64,000 nt of DNA. Source: Antedon mediterranea (taxonomy: Eukaryota; Animalia; Echinodermata). Location of the stretch: assembly GCF_964355755.1 (NCBI RefSeq), contig NC_092680.1, forward strand, positions 20,655,045-20,719,044, written 5' to 3'. A model generated the notes under the pieces. It made no database searches. It had not been told where the DNA came from and worked only from the letters and a program-made list of their open reading frames with translations. Made by a program: the position numbers and the translations under genes. Of this stretch, positions 35,201 through 48,800 are shown one piece after another; the stretch's first letter is position 1, and every line of letters begins with the position of its first letter.

Positions 35201-38200
35201 TCTAGCTGGTGCCACCAGGAAAGGACATTACAGTAATGACACAATGTTTGTATATATTATAGGCCAGCTTTAGATCTAGCTGGTGCCACCAGGAAAGGAC
35301 ATTACAGTAATGACACAATGTTTGTATATATTATAGGCCAGCTTTAGATCTAGCTGGTGCCACCAGGAAAGGACATTACAGTAATGACACAATGTTTGTA
35401 TATATTATAGGCCAGCTTTAGATCTAGCTGGTGCCACCAGGAAAGGACATTACAGTAATGAAACAATGTTTGTATATATTATAGACCAGCTTTAGATCTA
35501 GCTGGTGCCACCAGGAAAGGACATTACAGTAATGACACAATGTTTGTATATATTATAGACCAGCTTTAGATCCAGCTGGTGCCACCAGGAAAGGACATTA
35601 CAGTAATGACACAATGTTTGTATATATTATAGACCAGCTTTAGATCTAGCTGGTGCCACCAGGAAAGGACATTACAGTAATGACACAATGTTTGTATATA
35701 TTATAGACCAGCTTTAGATCTAGCTGGTGCCACCAGGAAAGGACATTACAGTAATGACACAATGTTTGTATATATTATAGACCAGCATTAGATCCAGCTG
35801 GTGCCACCAGGAAAGGACATTACAGTAATGACACAATGTGTGTATATATTATAGACCAGCTTTAGATCTAGCTGGTGCCACCAGGAAAGGACATTACAGT
35901 AATGACACAATGTGTGTATATATTATAGACCAGCTTTAGATCTAGCTGGTGCCACCAGGAAAGGACATTACAGTAATGACACAATGTTTGTATATATTAT
36001 AGACCAGCTTTAGATCTAGCTGGTGCCACCAGGAAAGGACATTACAGTAATGACACAATGTTTGTATATATTATAGACCAGCTTTAGATCTAGCTGGTGC
36101 CACCAGGAAAGGACATTACAGTAATGACACAATGTTTGTATATATTATAGACCAGCTTTAGATCCAGCTGGTGCCACCAGGAAAGGACATTAATGACACA
36201 ATGTTTGTATATATTATAGACCAGCTTTAGATCCAGCTGGTGCCACCAGGAAAGGACATTACAGTAATGACACAATGTGTGTATATATTATAGACCAGCT
36301 TTAGATCTAGCTGGTGCCACCAGGAAAGGACATTACAGTAATGACACAATGTGTGTATATATTATAGACCAGCTTTAGATCTAGCTGGTGCCACCAGGAA
36401 AGGACATTACAGTAATGACACAATGTTTGTATATATTATAGACCAGCTTTAGATCTAGCTGGTGCCACCAGGAAAGGACATTACAGTAATGACACAATGT
36501 TTGTATATATTATAGACCAGCTTTAGATCTAGCTGGTGCCACCAGGAAAGGACATTACAGTAATGACACAATGTTTGTATATATTATAGACCAGCATTAG
36601 ATCTAGCTGGTGCCACCAGGAAATGACATTACAATAATGACACAATGTTTGTATATACTATAGACCAGCTTTAGATCTAGTTGGTGCCACCAGGAAAGGA
36701 CATTACAGTAATGACACAATGTTTGTATATATTATAGACCAGCATTAGATCTAGCTGGTGCCACCAGGAAAGGACATTACAATAATGACACAATGTTTGT
36801 ATATACTATAGACCAGCTTTAGATCTAGCTGGTGCCACCAGGAAAGGACATTAATGACACAATGTGTGTATATATTATAGACCAGCATTAGATCTAGGAC
36901 ATTACAGTAATGACACAATGTGTGTATATACTATAGACCAGCTTTAGATCCATCTGGTGCCACCAGGAAAGGACATTACAATAATGACACAATGTTTGTA
37001 TATACTATAGACCAGCTTTAGATCTAGCTGGTGCCACCAGGAAAGGACATTAATGACACAATGTTTGTATATATTATAGACCAGCATTAGATCTAGGACA
37101 TTACAGTAATGACACAATGTGTGTATATATTATAGACCAGCTTTAGATCTAGCTGGTGCCACCTGGAAAGGACATTACATTAATGACACAATGTTTGTAT
37201 ATATTATAGACCAGCATTAGATCTAGGACATTACAGTAATGACACAATGTGTGTATATATTATAGACCAGCTTTAGATCTAGCTGGTGCCACCAGGAAAG
37301 GACATTAATGACACAATGTTTGTATATATTATAGACCAGCATTAGATCTAGGACATTACAGTAATGACACAATGTCTGTATATATTATAGACCAGCTTTA
37401 GATCTAGCTGGTGCCACCAGGAAAGGACATTACAGTAATGACACAATGTGTGTATATATTATAGACCAGCTTTAGATCCAGCTGGTGCCACCAGGAAAGG
37501 ACATTACAATAATGACACAATGTTTGTATATATTATAGACCAGCTTTAGATCTAGCTGGTGCCACCAGGAAAGGACATTACAGTAATGACACAATGTGTG
37601 TATATATTATAGACCAGCTTTAGATCCAGCTGGTGCCACCAGGAAAGGACATTACAATAATGACACAATGTTTGTATATATTATAGACCAGCTTTAGATC
37701 TAGCTGGTGCCACCAGGAAAGGACATTACAGTAATGACACAATGTGTGTATATATTATAGACCAGCTTTAGATCCAGCTGGTGCCACCAGGAAAGGACAT
37801 TACATTAATGACACAATGTTTGTATATATTATAGACCAGCTTTAGATCTAGCTGGTGCCACCAGGAAAGGACATTACAGTAATGACACAATGTTTGTATA
37901 TAATATAGACCAGCTTTAGATCCATCTGGTGCCACCAGGAAAGGACATTACAATAATGACACAATGTGTGTATATATTATAGACCAGCTTTAGATCTAGC
38001 TGGTGCCACCAGGAAAGGACATTACAGTAATGACACAATGTTTGTATATATTATAGACCAGCTTTAGATCTAGCTGGTGCCACCAGGAAAGGACATTACA
38101 GTAATGACACAATGTTTGTATATATTATAGGCCAGCTTTAGATCCAGCTGGTGCCACCAGGAAAGGACATTAAAGTAATGACACAATGTTTGTATATATT

Positions 38201-41200
38201 ATAGACCAGCTTTAGATCTAGCTGGTGCCACCAGGAAAGGACATTACATTAATGACACAATGTTTGTATATATTATAGACCAGCTTTAGATCCAGCTGGT
38301 GCCACCAGGAAAGGACATTACATTAATGACACAATGTTTGTATATATTATAGGCCAGCTTTAGATCTAGCTGGTGCCACCAGGAAAGGACATTACAGTAA
38401 TGACACAATGTGTGTATATATTATAGACCAGCTTTAGATCTAGCTGGTGCCACCAGGAAAGGACATTACAGTAATGACACAATGTTTGTATATATTATAG
38501 GCCAGCTTTAGATCTAGCTGGTGCCACCAGGAAAGGACATTACAGTAATGAAACAATGTTTGTATATATTATAGACCAGCTTTAGATCTAGCTGGTGCCA
38601 CCAGGAAAGGACATTACAGTAATGACACAATGTTTGTATATATTATAGACCAGCTTTAGATCCAGCTGGTGCCACCAGGAAAGGACATTACAGTAATGAC
38701 ACAATGTTTGTATATATTATAGACCAGCTTTAGATCTAGCTGGTGCCACCAGGAAAGGACATTACAGTAATGACACAATGTTTGTATATATTATAGACCA
38801 GCTTTAGATCCAGCTGGTGCCACCAGGAAAGGACATTAATGACACGATGTTTGTATATATTATAGGCCAGCTTTAGATCTAGCTGGTGCCACCAGGAAAG
38901 GACATTACAGTAATGACACAATGTTTGTATATATTATAGACCAACTTTAGATCTAGCTGGTGCCACCAGGAAAGGACATTACAATAATGACACAATGTTT
39001 GTATATATTATAGACCAGCTTTAGATCTAGCTGGTGCCACCAGGAAAGGACATTACATTAATGACACAATGTTTTTATATATTATAGACCAGCTTTAGAT
39101 CTAGCTGGTGCCACCAGGAAAGGACATTAAAGTAATGACACAATGTTTGTGTATATTATAGACCAGCTTTAGATCTAGCTGGTGCCACCAGGAAAGGACA
39201 TTACATTAATGACACAATGTTTTTATATATTATAGACCAGCTTTAGATCTAGCTGGTGCCACCAGGAAAGGACATTAAAGTAATGACACAATGTTTGTAT
39301 ATATTATAGACCAGCTTTAGATCTAGCTGGTGCCACCAGGAAAGGACATTACAGTAATGACACAATGTGTGTATATATTATAGACCAGCTTTAGATCTAG
39401 CTGGTGCCACCAGGAAATGACATTACAGTAATGACACAATGTTTGTATATATTATAGACCAGCTTTAGATCTAGCTGGTGCCACCAGGAAAGGACATTAC
39501 AATAATGACACAATGTTTGTATATATTATAGACCAGCTTTAGATCTAGCTGGTGCCACCAGGAAAGGACATTACAATAATGACACAATGTTTGTATATAT
39601 TATAGACCAGCTTTAGATCTAGCTGGTGCCACCAGGAAAGGACATTAAAGTAATGACACAATGTTTGTGTATATTATAGACCAGCTTTAGATCCAGCTGG
39701 TGCCACCAGGAAAGGACATTACAGTAATGACACAATGTTTGTATATAATATAGACCAGCTTTAGATCCAGCTGGTGCCACCAGGAAAGGACATTACAGTA
39801 ATGACCCAATGTTTGTATATATTATAGACCAGCATTAGATCTAGCTGGTGCCACCAGGAAAGGACATTACAATAATGACACAATGTTTGTATATATTATA
39901 GACCAGCTTTAGATCTAGCTGGTGCCACCAGGAAAGGACATTACAGTAATGACACAATGTTTGTATATATTATAGACCAGCTTTAGATCTAGCTGGTGCC
40001 ACCAGGAAAGGACATTACATTAATGACACAATGTTTGTATATACTATAGACCAGCTTTAGATCCAGCTGGTGCCACCAGGAAAGGACATTACAGTAATGA
40101 CACAATGTGTGTATATATTATAGACCAGCTTTAGATCTAGCTGGTGCCACCAGGAAAGGACATTACAGTAATGACACAATGTGTGTATATATTATAGACC
40201 AGCTTTAGATCCAGCTGGTGCCACCAGGAAAGGACATTACAATAATGACACAATGTTTGTATATATAATAGACCAGCTTTAGATCCAGCTGGTGCCACCA
40301 GGAAAGGACATTACAGTAATGACACAATGTTTGTATATATTATAGACCAGCTTTAGATCTAGCTGGTGCCACCAGGAAAGGACATTACAATAATGACACA
40401 ATGTTTGTATATATTATAGACCAGCTTTAGATCCAGCTGGTGCCACCAGGAAAGGACATTACAGTAATGACACAATGTTTGTATATATTATAGGCCAGCT
40501 TTAGATCTAGCTGGTGCCACCAGGAAAGGACATTACAGTAATGACACAATGTGTGTATATATTATAGACCAGCTTTAGATCTAGCTGGTGCCACCAGGAA
40601 AGGACATTACATTAATGACACAATGTTTGTATATATTATAGACCAGCTTTAGATCCATCTGGTGCCACCAGGAAAGGACATTACAGTAATGACACAATGT
40701 TTGTATATATTATAGACCAGCTTTAGATCCAGCTGGTGCCACCAGGAAAGGACATTACAGTAATGACACAATGTTTGTATATATTATAGACCAGCATTAG
40801 ATCTAGCTGGTGCCACCAGGAAAGGACATTACAGTAATGACACAATGTTTGTATATATTATAGACCAGCTTTAGATCCAGCTGGTGCCACCCGGAAAGGA
40901 CATTACAGTAATGACCCAATGTGTGTATATATTATAGACCAGCATTAGATCTAGCTGGTGCCACCCGGAAAGGACATTACAGTAATGACACAATGTTTGT
41001 ATATATTATAGACCAGCTTTAGATCTAGTTGGTGCCACCAGGAAAGGACATTACAGTAATGACACAATGTGTGTATATATTATAGACCAGCATTAGATCT
41101 AGCTGGTGCCACCAGGAAAGGACATTACAGTAATGACACAATGTGTGTATATATTATAGACCAGCTTTAGATCCAGCTGGTGCCACCAGGAAAGGACATT

Positions 41201-42384
41201 ACAATAATGACACAATGTTTGTATATATTATAGACCAGCTTTAGATCCAGCTGGTGCCACCAGGAAAGGACATTAAAGTAATGACACAATGTTTGTATAT
41301 ATTATAGACCAGCTTTAGATCCAGCTGGTGCCACCAGGAAAGGACATTACATTAATGACACAATGTCTGTATATATTATAGACCAGCTTTAGATCTAGCT
41401 GGTGCCACCAGGAAAGGACATTACAGTAATGACACAATGTTTGTATATATTATAGACCAGCTTTAGATCTAGCTGGTGCCACCAGGAAAGGACATTACAA
41501 TAATGACACAATGTGTGTATATATTATAGACCAGCTTTAGATCTAGCTGGTGCCACCAGGAAAGGACATTACAGTAATGACACAATGTTTGTATATATTA
41601 TAGACCAGCTTTAGATCTAGCTGGTGCCACCAGGAAAGGACATTACAGTAATGACACAATGTTTGTATATATTATAGACCAGCTTTAGATCCAGCTGGTG
41701 CCACCAGGAAAGGACATTACAGTAATGACACAATGTTTGTATATATTATAGGCCAGCTTTAGATCTAGCTGGTGCCACCAGGAAAGGACATTACAGTAAT
41801 GACACAATGTGTGTATATATTATAGACCAGCTTTAGATCTAGCTGGTGCCACCAGGAAAGGACATTACATTAATGACACAATGTTTGTATATATTATAGA
41901 CCAGCTTTAGATCCATCTGGTGCCACCAGGAAAGGACATTACAGTAATGACACAATGTTTGTATATATTATAGACCAGCTTTAGATCCAGCTGGTGCCAC
42001 CAGGAAAGGACATTACAGTAATGACACAATGTTTGTATATATTATAGACCAGCTTTAGATCTAGCTGGTGCCACCCGGAAAGGACATTACAGTAATGACA
42101 CAATGTGTGTATATATTATAGACCAGCTTTAGATCTAGCTGGTGCCACCAGGAAAGGACATTACAGTAATGACACAATGTTTGTATATATTATAGACCAG
42201 CTTTAGATCCAGCTGGTGCCACCAGGAAAGGACATTACAGTAATGACACAATGTGTGTATATATTATAGACCAGCTTTAGATCCAGCTAGTGCCACCAGG
42301 AAGGACATTACAATAATGACACAATGTTTGTATATATTATAGACCAGCTTTAGATCTAGGACATTACAGTAATGACACAATGTT
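32297..42384. repeat. 74-bp satellite array, ~10 kb, roughly 135-140 copies
   Basis: Unit gacattacagtaatgacacaatgtttgtatatattatagaccagctttagatctagctggtgccaccaggaaag, with 69-bp and 56-bp deletion variants and no unique spacers. Confidence 0.98.
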
Positions 42385-43109
42385 TTCTTGAGTCCTATAT
42401 ATTATTATGTGTCAACAGGAAAGTTCAGTAAACGTTTCAGGTACCCGAAACGAAAAAAGAGCGTAAAAAGTAAGTATCCAGAAATTAAAAGAAAGAAAAA
42501 TAAATAAATCAAAATCAATGTTTGGTACTCTAATGGGTTGTGTAGAATTACCATCAGCATCTTGGAAATACTACTCAAGTTAAGGATCAGGATGGATTTG
42601 AGGAAATTATTTTCTAGTCAGGTTTGTAGAAATTATTTTCTAGTTAGGGCTGTGATTTTTTTTAGTCAGGGTTGCGTAAATTATGTTTACTCACTGGCTC
42701 CTACTGTAATCATCGTTGGAAGATACATGAGCATGTCACGGAGGCATTCGAGAGACTGCTGTCTCGGATTGATATTACTGACTGCAACTGCAGAATGACA
42801 AACAAACATATGCATGTCTATGACAATAAACTATGGTTACATTCAGTTTATACTCATCGTATGATATTGTTAAATTGTGTTGTACCTGGTTAAGAGAGTA
42901 AACAAGGCAAAACCCTTTTAAATTCAATAACACTCTATGGCACTATCTATGGTGATGATAAAACAATACATCTGCATTTTTTACAGTTCAGTGCATAATT
43001 CTTAAATTCCATATTTGGTGATTTTTCTTAGCTCTATCTGAACCTATTAGGAATATACGATACGATAATAATACACCTGAATATATCAATTACAATTTTA
43101 TTTACAATA

Positions 43110-43740
43110 ATTATAAGTCTGACATTTCACTAGATGTTTTTTTTTTGTCTGAGATCTTTCAGATGATTCTGTACAAAGACAAAACAAGAAATGAACATTT
43201 AATAATTTTAACAAATAGTATATTATGGCACAAACAATGGAAATAAATTAATAAAATTAGGCCTAGCATAATTATTGAGTAAATACCCAGAAACAAAAAG
43301 TTCTACTGCCAGGCAATATATTAGACTGAAATGAAGATATAGCATGTAGGCGTCGTGCCATCAGAGAAGCAGATTACGGTAGCTTAGAGTGCCGATTGTA
43401 GTGTTTAGAATAGTGATGATGAAACAATTGAGATTTAATCAAGATGAGTTAATGGTGAAACAAACATGAACTAAGTACCTGTTGCAAAGAGTGCTTGATA
43501 TGAGCAGTATTCATAGCCTTCTTTCTTACACATGGAACAGAATCCTTTTGCAAAAACTTGTCAAGATCGATTAGGTTAATGATAAAGATCATTAAACAAA
43601 CTAATTAAATCTGATTTTATTCTCTAAAACACAATTGAACATATGTGCATAGGCAGAATATTGAAGATGTTACCTATACATAACAAATATGATTTCTCTT
43701 TAAATTGAAATTTTATAGAAATTCTGAAAAAATTTAGGAC
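43110..43740 (-). pseudogene. Relic of a further COR-end / DED-exon-start module
   Basis: 43115-43330 matches 46663-46890 (start of the second tandem-DED exon); 43485-43570 matches 52475-52555 (last COR exon); 43628-43720 resembles 52893-53000. Confidence 0.7.
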
Positions 43741-45132
43741 AAAAAGTAATTGATTTCATACCATTAATGCTCAGGCCTCTAACTTGTTTCATAACAATCG
43801 CTATGCTTGTCTGAAGTTTGAATTGTACTGCTGATAAACTTGCTAATAAACCATTGCATTCCACGCAGCGGCACTTAATTGTAATTTATAAAATCACAAT
43901 TTTTTCCTCCCCGCAAAATGCTCTGTGCCATCCACTTTTGAAGACGCGTGTGTGCGCGCGCTGCAGGATCAATTATTGCTATAAATGTTCGCGGGAAATT
44001 CAAGTACTGTCTCGAATGCGTATTTATAAGCACAAGCATACCCAGGTTGCCTTTGATGATTCACCTGCTTGTGTGTTGGTAGAAATACGTGTGTACTGTC
44101 GCACTTTGTAATACCTGTCGCACTTTGTAACAAAACTATCCCACTTTGTAATATTACAAAGTACGACCATTATACAAAGTGTGACAATAGGCCTACCTAT
44201 GTGGCCTGGTTTCTTGAAACTGACATGTTTACTCAATACAAAAATTACTAAATTTGAAAATTAGCATTCAGATTCTAATTTATTAAAATGTTTCATTCTG
44301 TATGGACTAAACTAATAATTCAATACAGTATATTTTATATAAAATATGTCTTTAAATATACATATAAACACAATCACTTTAAATTTGATGAAATCTTAGT
44401 AGCAAACTCAAACATATAAAATAATAATAAAAAATAAATATATAGTAATAAAAATACATACTTTAACATTAGGGAGTAAAAAAAAAATCATTTTTACTGT
44501 TTTATTTACATACATATGATGATATGCCAGTTTTCATAACAAATTTCTGTTAATTCTTTGTAATGGACAAAAAAAGATAATATGACTATGAGATAGAGAT
44601 CCAATGAGATAATCTTAAATACAAAACTACTATGGTACAATGTTGTAATAAGGAAAAACATAGAATCAATTGTGGTCTAATAGTTGGGATTTCCAGTTCT
44701 ATGGTTGGTCAAGTTATGATTGGGCCTGTGTGCTAAACTACACATGTCATCTCTTAATTTCAAAGTGGTGACTTCTGGGTGCTTTAAACAGAAAATACTG
44801 TAACCTATAGTTACAATACCAACTGTCAATTACCAAGCCAATACTTTCACCTATAAACAATATTTATAACAACTAAATACAGTATCAATTATCAGGGTAT
44901 ATTGCCTCTACCTTTTGATTACGTAGGCCTCTATGTCCACAAACAATTTCTGCACAGAAGTATATAGAATTATGGAGTGGAGAAGATATCCCAACTCTTT
45001 AGACAGCGAATCTTCAAAAGGTTGTCTGTAAATTATTAAAATAAGAACCAAACAAGTCAACCATTTGATACTTTCTTAACCATCACTGTATTTCCCTAAC
45101 TACCATTGTTTTGGTGATACTTCAAATCGGGT

Positions 45133-45895
45133 CTATTCTAACTTTTCCGCAGCAACTGTCAACTCATTCTCTTTCAAATGTTTGATAAATGATTGCAGTT
45201 TATCTTCCCTTAGAGTACCCCTCTGTTCAAGATATAGAATGACAGTCCACTGGTTGTCACGTTTTTTCCTAGGAACATTGTTTAGATGGATGAGCTTTCT
45301 TACATGGTCTTGGGAAAGCGTTTTGCCGAAATCTATCAGCTTCTGTCGATACATTGTAACTGCAGTTGTTACATGATGGTCGGATTCCTCAAACGTGTTC
45401 TTCAGATATTTGTTAGCCTCAAGAGCACCTTCGGTACCAGTGACATTGATGATATCGAAAAGAACTTTAAAGTTGGTAGTGGTAAGATGGCCAGCTTGTT
45501 TCAACAAATTACTCCATGGTGGTATCAGCCTTCTGTAGAGCATTGTAAGGCGTTACAAGATCTTTGCACAACACCTTCAGCATATCAAGTGAATCATGCT
45601 CATCATACCAATTCGATACTTGTACCAACATTGTCTGAAATTGTTTTCTCAGGTGATTCTGTATAAAAACAATACTTAATATATTAACATGATATTGTAG
45701 AAATTGGTATACAAACGAGTAATTAACAATCTATGTAGTTATTTTACTTAATATAAATAAATATCATTACCTCCAAAAATTCTCAATGACACTGACCCTG
45801 ACTGGCTTTGGCACTGACATCAGCTTTAGCTCTGACTCTGGCCTTGGCTTTAACACTGGCGCTGGCACCATCTTTAGCTCTGGCTTTGGCACCGA
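45133..45895 (-). pseudogene. Disabled duplicate of the linker + tandem-DED exon module
   Basis: Paralogous to 51560-52330; lies after the in-frame TAG at 45896-45898; 5-bp deletion near 45511 (ATG GAG TAA vs ATG AAG TTG TTT AAT); another TAG at 45133. Confidence 0.8.
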
Positions 45896-48800
45896 CTATG
45901 ACTCTATATCTGATGCTGGCAATGACTCTGGCTTTGGTACTCGCTCTTTAGTAGGGCCTATATAATAACAACATAATACTAGCATTAGTGTAGTTTTTAT
46001 TTTGATTGATAATGATGAATAGTGATGACAACGACTGAGATATAATTATGATGAAGTAATGACGACGATAAAGCATAAAAGTCGATGCGTATCCATAGCT
46101 TTCTTTCTTCCACATGAAACAGAAATAAAATATAATAATAGAAAATTAAATACTTACATAAAATATTCCTTGCTCGTATTCCAATATGTGCTGCAAACGT
46201 ATTTAATTTTGATGGTTCATCCTCAAGAAGTAATTTACTTTCCAAGTAAAAAACCATGTCCCACATGTTTTTTAAACTAAATCTTCGCAAACCATAATGA
46301 GCAATGATATCTTTTAACTCGTCTTGTCCAACTTCTTTCAGCGCCCTTAATAATCGTTTCCGGTAAGAAGATAACTTTTCGCTAGTACCTTTGACGTTGT
46401 TATCTTTCATATACTGCTTTACCAGATCTACAGCAAGCTGCAAACCTGATAATTCGGCAACCTCAAAAAGGATGGTGACATCATCTGGTTTGATTTCACA
46501 GTGGTCATGGAGGACATTGAACAGATCAGTTGCTTTGAAATCAGTACGTGTAAGGTCTGATCTAGGAATAACATCAAATAAGCAACATTTTAGCCAAAGG
46601 TATCTTTCTTCCCCATCATAATGTTTGCCAAGATCACATTTCAAGTCGTTGAACTTGGTTTGTAAGTCTGACATTTCACTAGATGTTGGTTTTGTCCCAG
46701 TTCTTTCAGATGATTCTTTAGAAAGAAAAAAACGAAGAAATGAACATTTAATAACGTTAGCAAATAATATATTAGATGGCACGGACACTGGAAATATAAA
46801 TTAGGCCCATCATAATTATTTAATTAATAGTGGAAAACAGAACATTTAAATTATAAACTGCCAGCAATGGGCTGAAATGTAGGCATACCACTAGGCCTAT
46901 AGAGAAGTAAGATAGGTTACACTAAGCGCGTTTTTGATCGTAGCCTACCTTTTCCCCTGGTAAACCATGATGCAAGGGTAATACACACATAACTGAGGAT
47001 AACATATTTTGCGTTCAATGCAAACATGAACAACTTCGTGTAGAAAAACAATGAAACTGTACAGTCTATTGCAGCGGGCATCCCTGATATTGCGCAATAT
47101 GGCAAGCAGGCGTAAATTATTGCGCAATATTTTCAATGACAGCGTCCGTGCATGAAAGATTTTATCTTAGTTCTTTGGACCACAATAATAGGCCTGTAAA
47201 ATCGTAGTGGAGTATATGAAATAGTTTCGCTTTGTCTGGGTTGGTAAAGTATTTTATGTTGTAACATAAATATTTTAATACGCGCCACGCGGAGCTCTCG
47301 AAGAATGTGGCGGTGGTGGGAGCTAAGCTTCCGACGACATGACGATGACGTCCTCTGTTGCATTTGCTTGTCGATTGAAGTGCATGCATGCAGCCAACGA
47401 CTTGTTTTACATTAGTAACTTTACTTCTACCGTTTTTCGTGATTCAAACTGTAAAATTATTGTGCTTTATTTATTTTGAAATTAGATAGGTTAACGTAAT
47501 ATAATAACGTAGTAATGACATTTTTTTTTTTGTAAACCATGACTGGATACGTATTTGAAAAATGTATTTCATTTTTTTTAAATGGAAAAAATATTCTGCA
47601 AAAAACCCCAGATCCACCACTGTAATCATCAGTCATCATTTAAAAACCAATTTCTTTGTCAATACCATAACTATAATATATGGCTATATTGTATAAATAT
47701 AAACACTAGTAAAGACAGGGTAGGGTATATACAATGTGTTTCTATAAAGGAAGTAAAGTTGTAAGGTTTGCATAGAGTGCAAATAAACACTAGTAAAGTC
47801 AGGGTAGTGGTATATACCATGTGTTTCCATAAAGGAAGTAAAGTTGTAATGTTGAGAAACTGATGAATGAAAAAATGATCAAAATTAGATGCTGATTTCC
47901 AAATTAGGAAAATATTTATAGTACATAATTCCTTTTTACAGTTGTCTGTGGTGTTGAAAATGTTTACAGCGAGTTCTTCAGGAAGAAATTAGTAGTGCAT
48001 TTACTTAATATCAACTTTACTCTATAATTGCCATATTAAATATAACATACCTTGATATGACTTTGCTGTTCCAACAACCCCTGTAACAAACAAAATATGC
48101 AATAATTCATTCATGTTATAAAAATTCCATATTTCGTACGATACGATGCCTGCTATGACGCACATTATCACAAGTTGAATTGTTATCAATTATCAATGTC
48201 CTTATAAACTATTTAGTGTTTTTTTTTTATCCTAAATGTAGATATGAATTGCTAATTAAATTGTATTACTGTTAGCATTTTAAATACTTACAATTCACTT
48301 TCACTGGATCAATATCATTTGACTCTTGTGACAGCGATACTGTCGCCTTTAGGACTTTTACTGATGAATTACTTCTTCTTAAAATAAAAGTGTTTAATGG
48401 TTCTATATGCCATAAGCATTCAGCATCGACAGTCTAAAAAAAGTCATACTCATATCAAATGTTAAATTGATTGCTGTGGTGAATAAATATTAATTTTTTT
48501 ATTTATATTTTTTAACCTGTAAAACTTTCAATAAATTTAAAATAAGGAGACATTTTTAAAAGGCTATACAGCTCCACAATTAAAACTCTGCATCTTCCTG
48601 GGATCAATATGAAGATGCAATGTAATATCATGGCATAGCACATTTCATTAGATAGCAACAGAGATTTTTGTTATTTATTGATTTAACATTAACATCTAGT
48701 TATGTGGTGTTACTGGAAAAACATATCTTTACCATGCCAATCTATTAAAAAATTTGTATAAAAACAAATACTGTATTCTTTACTTGGTTTTTATCCTGAA

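Noticed and set aside
32854-38921. MCHYCNVLSWWHQ... ORFs
   Set aside because: Artefacts of translating the satellite.
32297-42384. CRISPR-like array (regular repeats with a palindrome)
   Set aside because: The whole 74-bp unit repeats with no unique spacers, there are no cas genes, and the context is eukaryotic.
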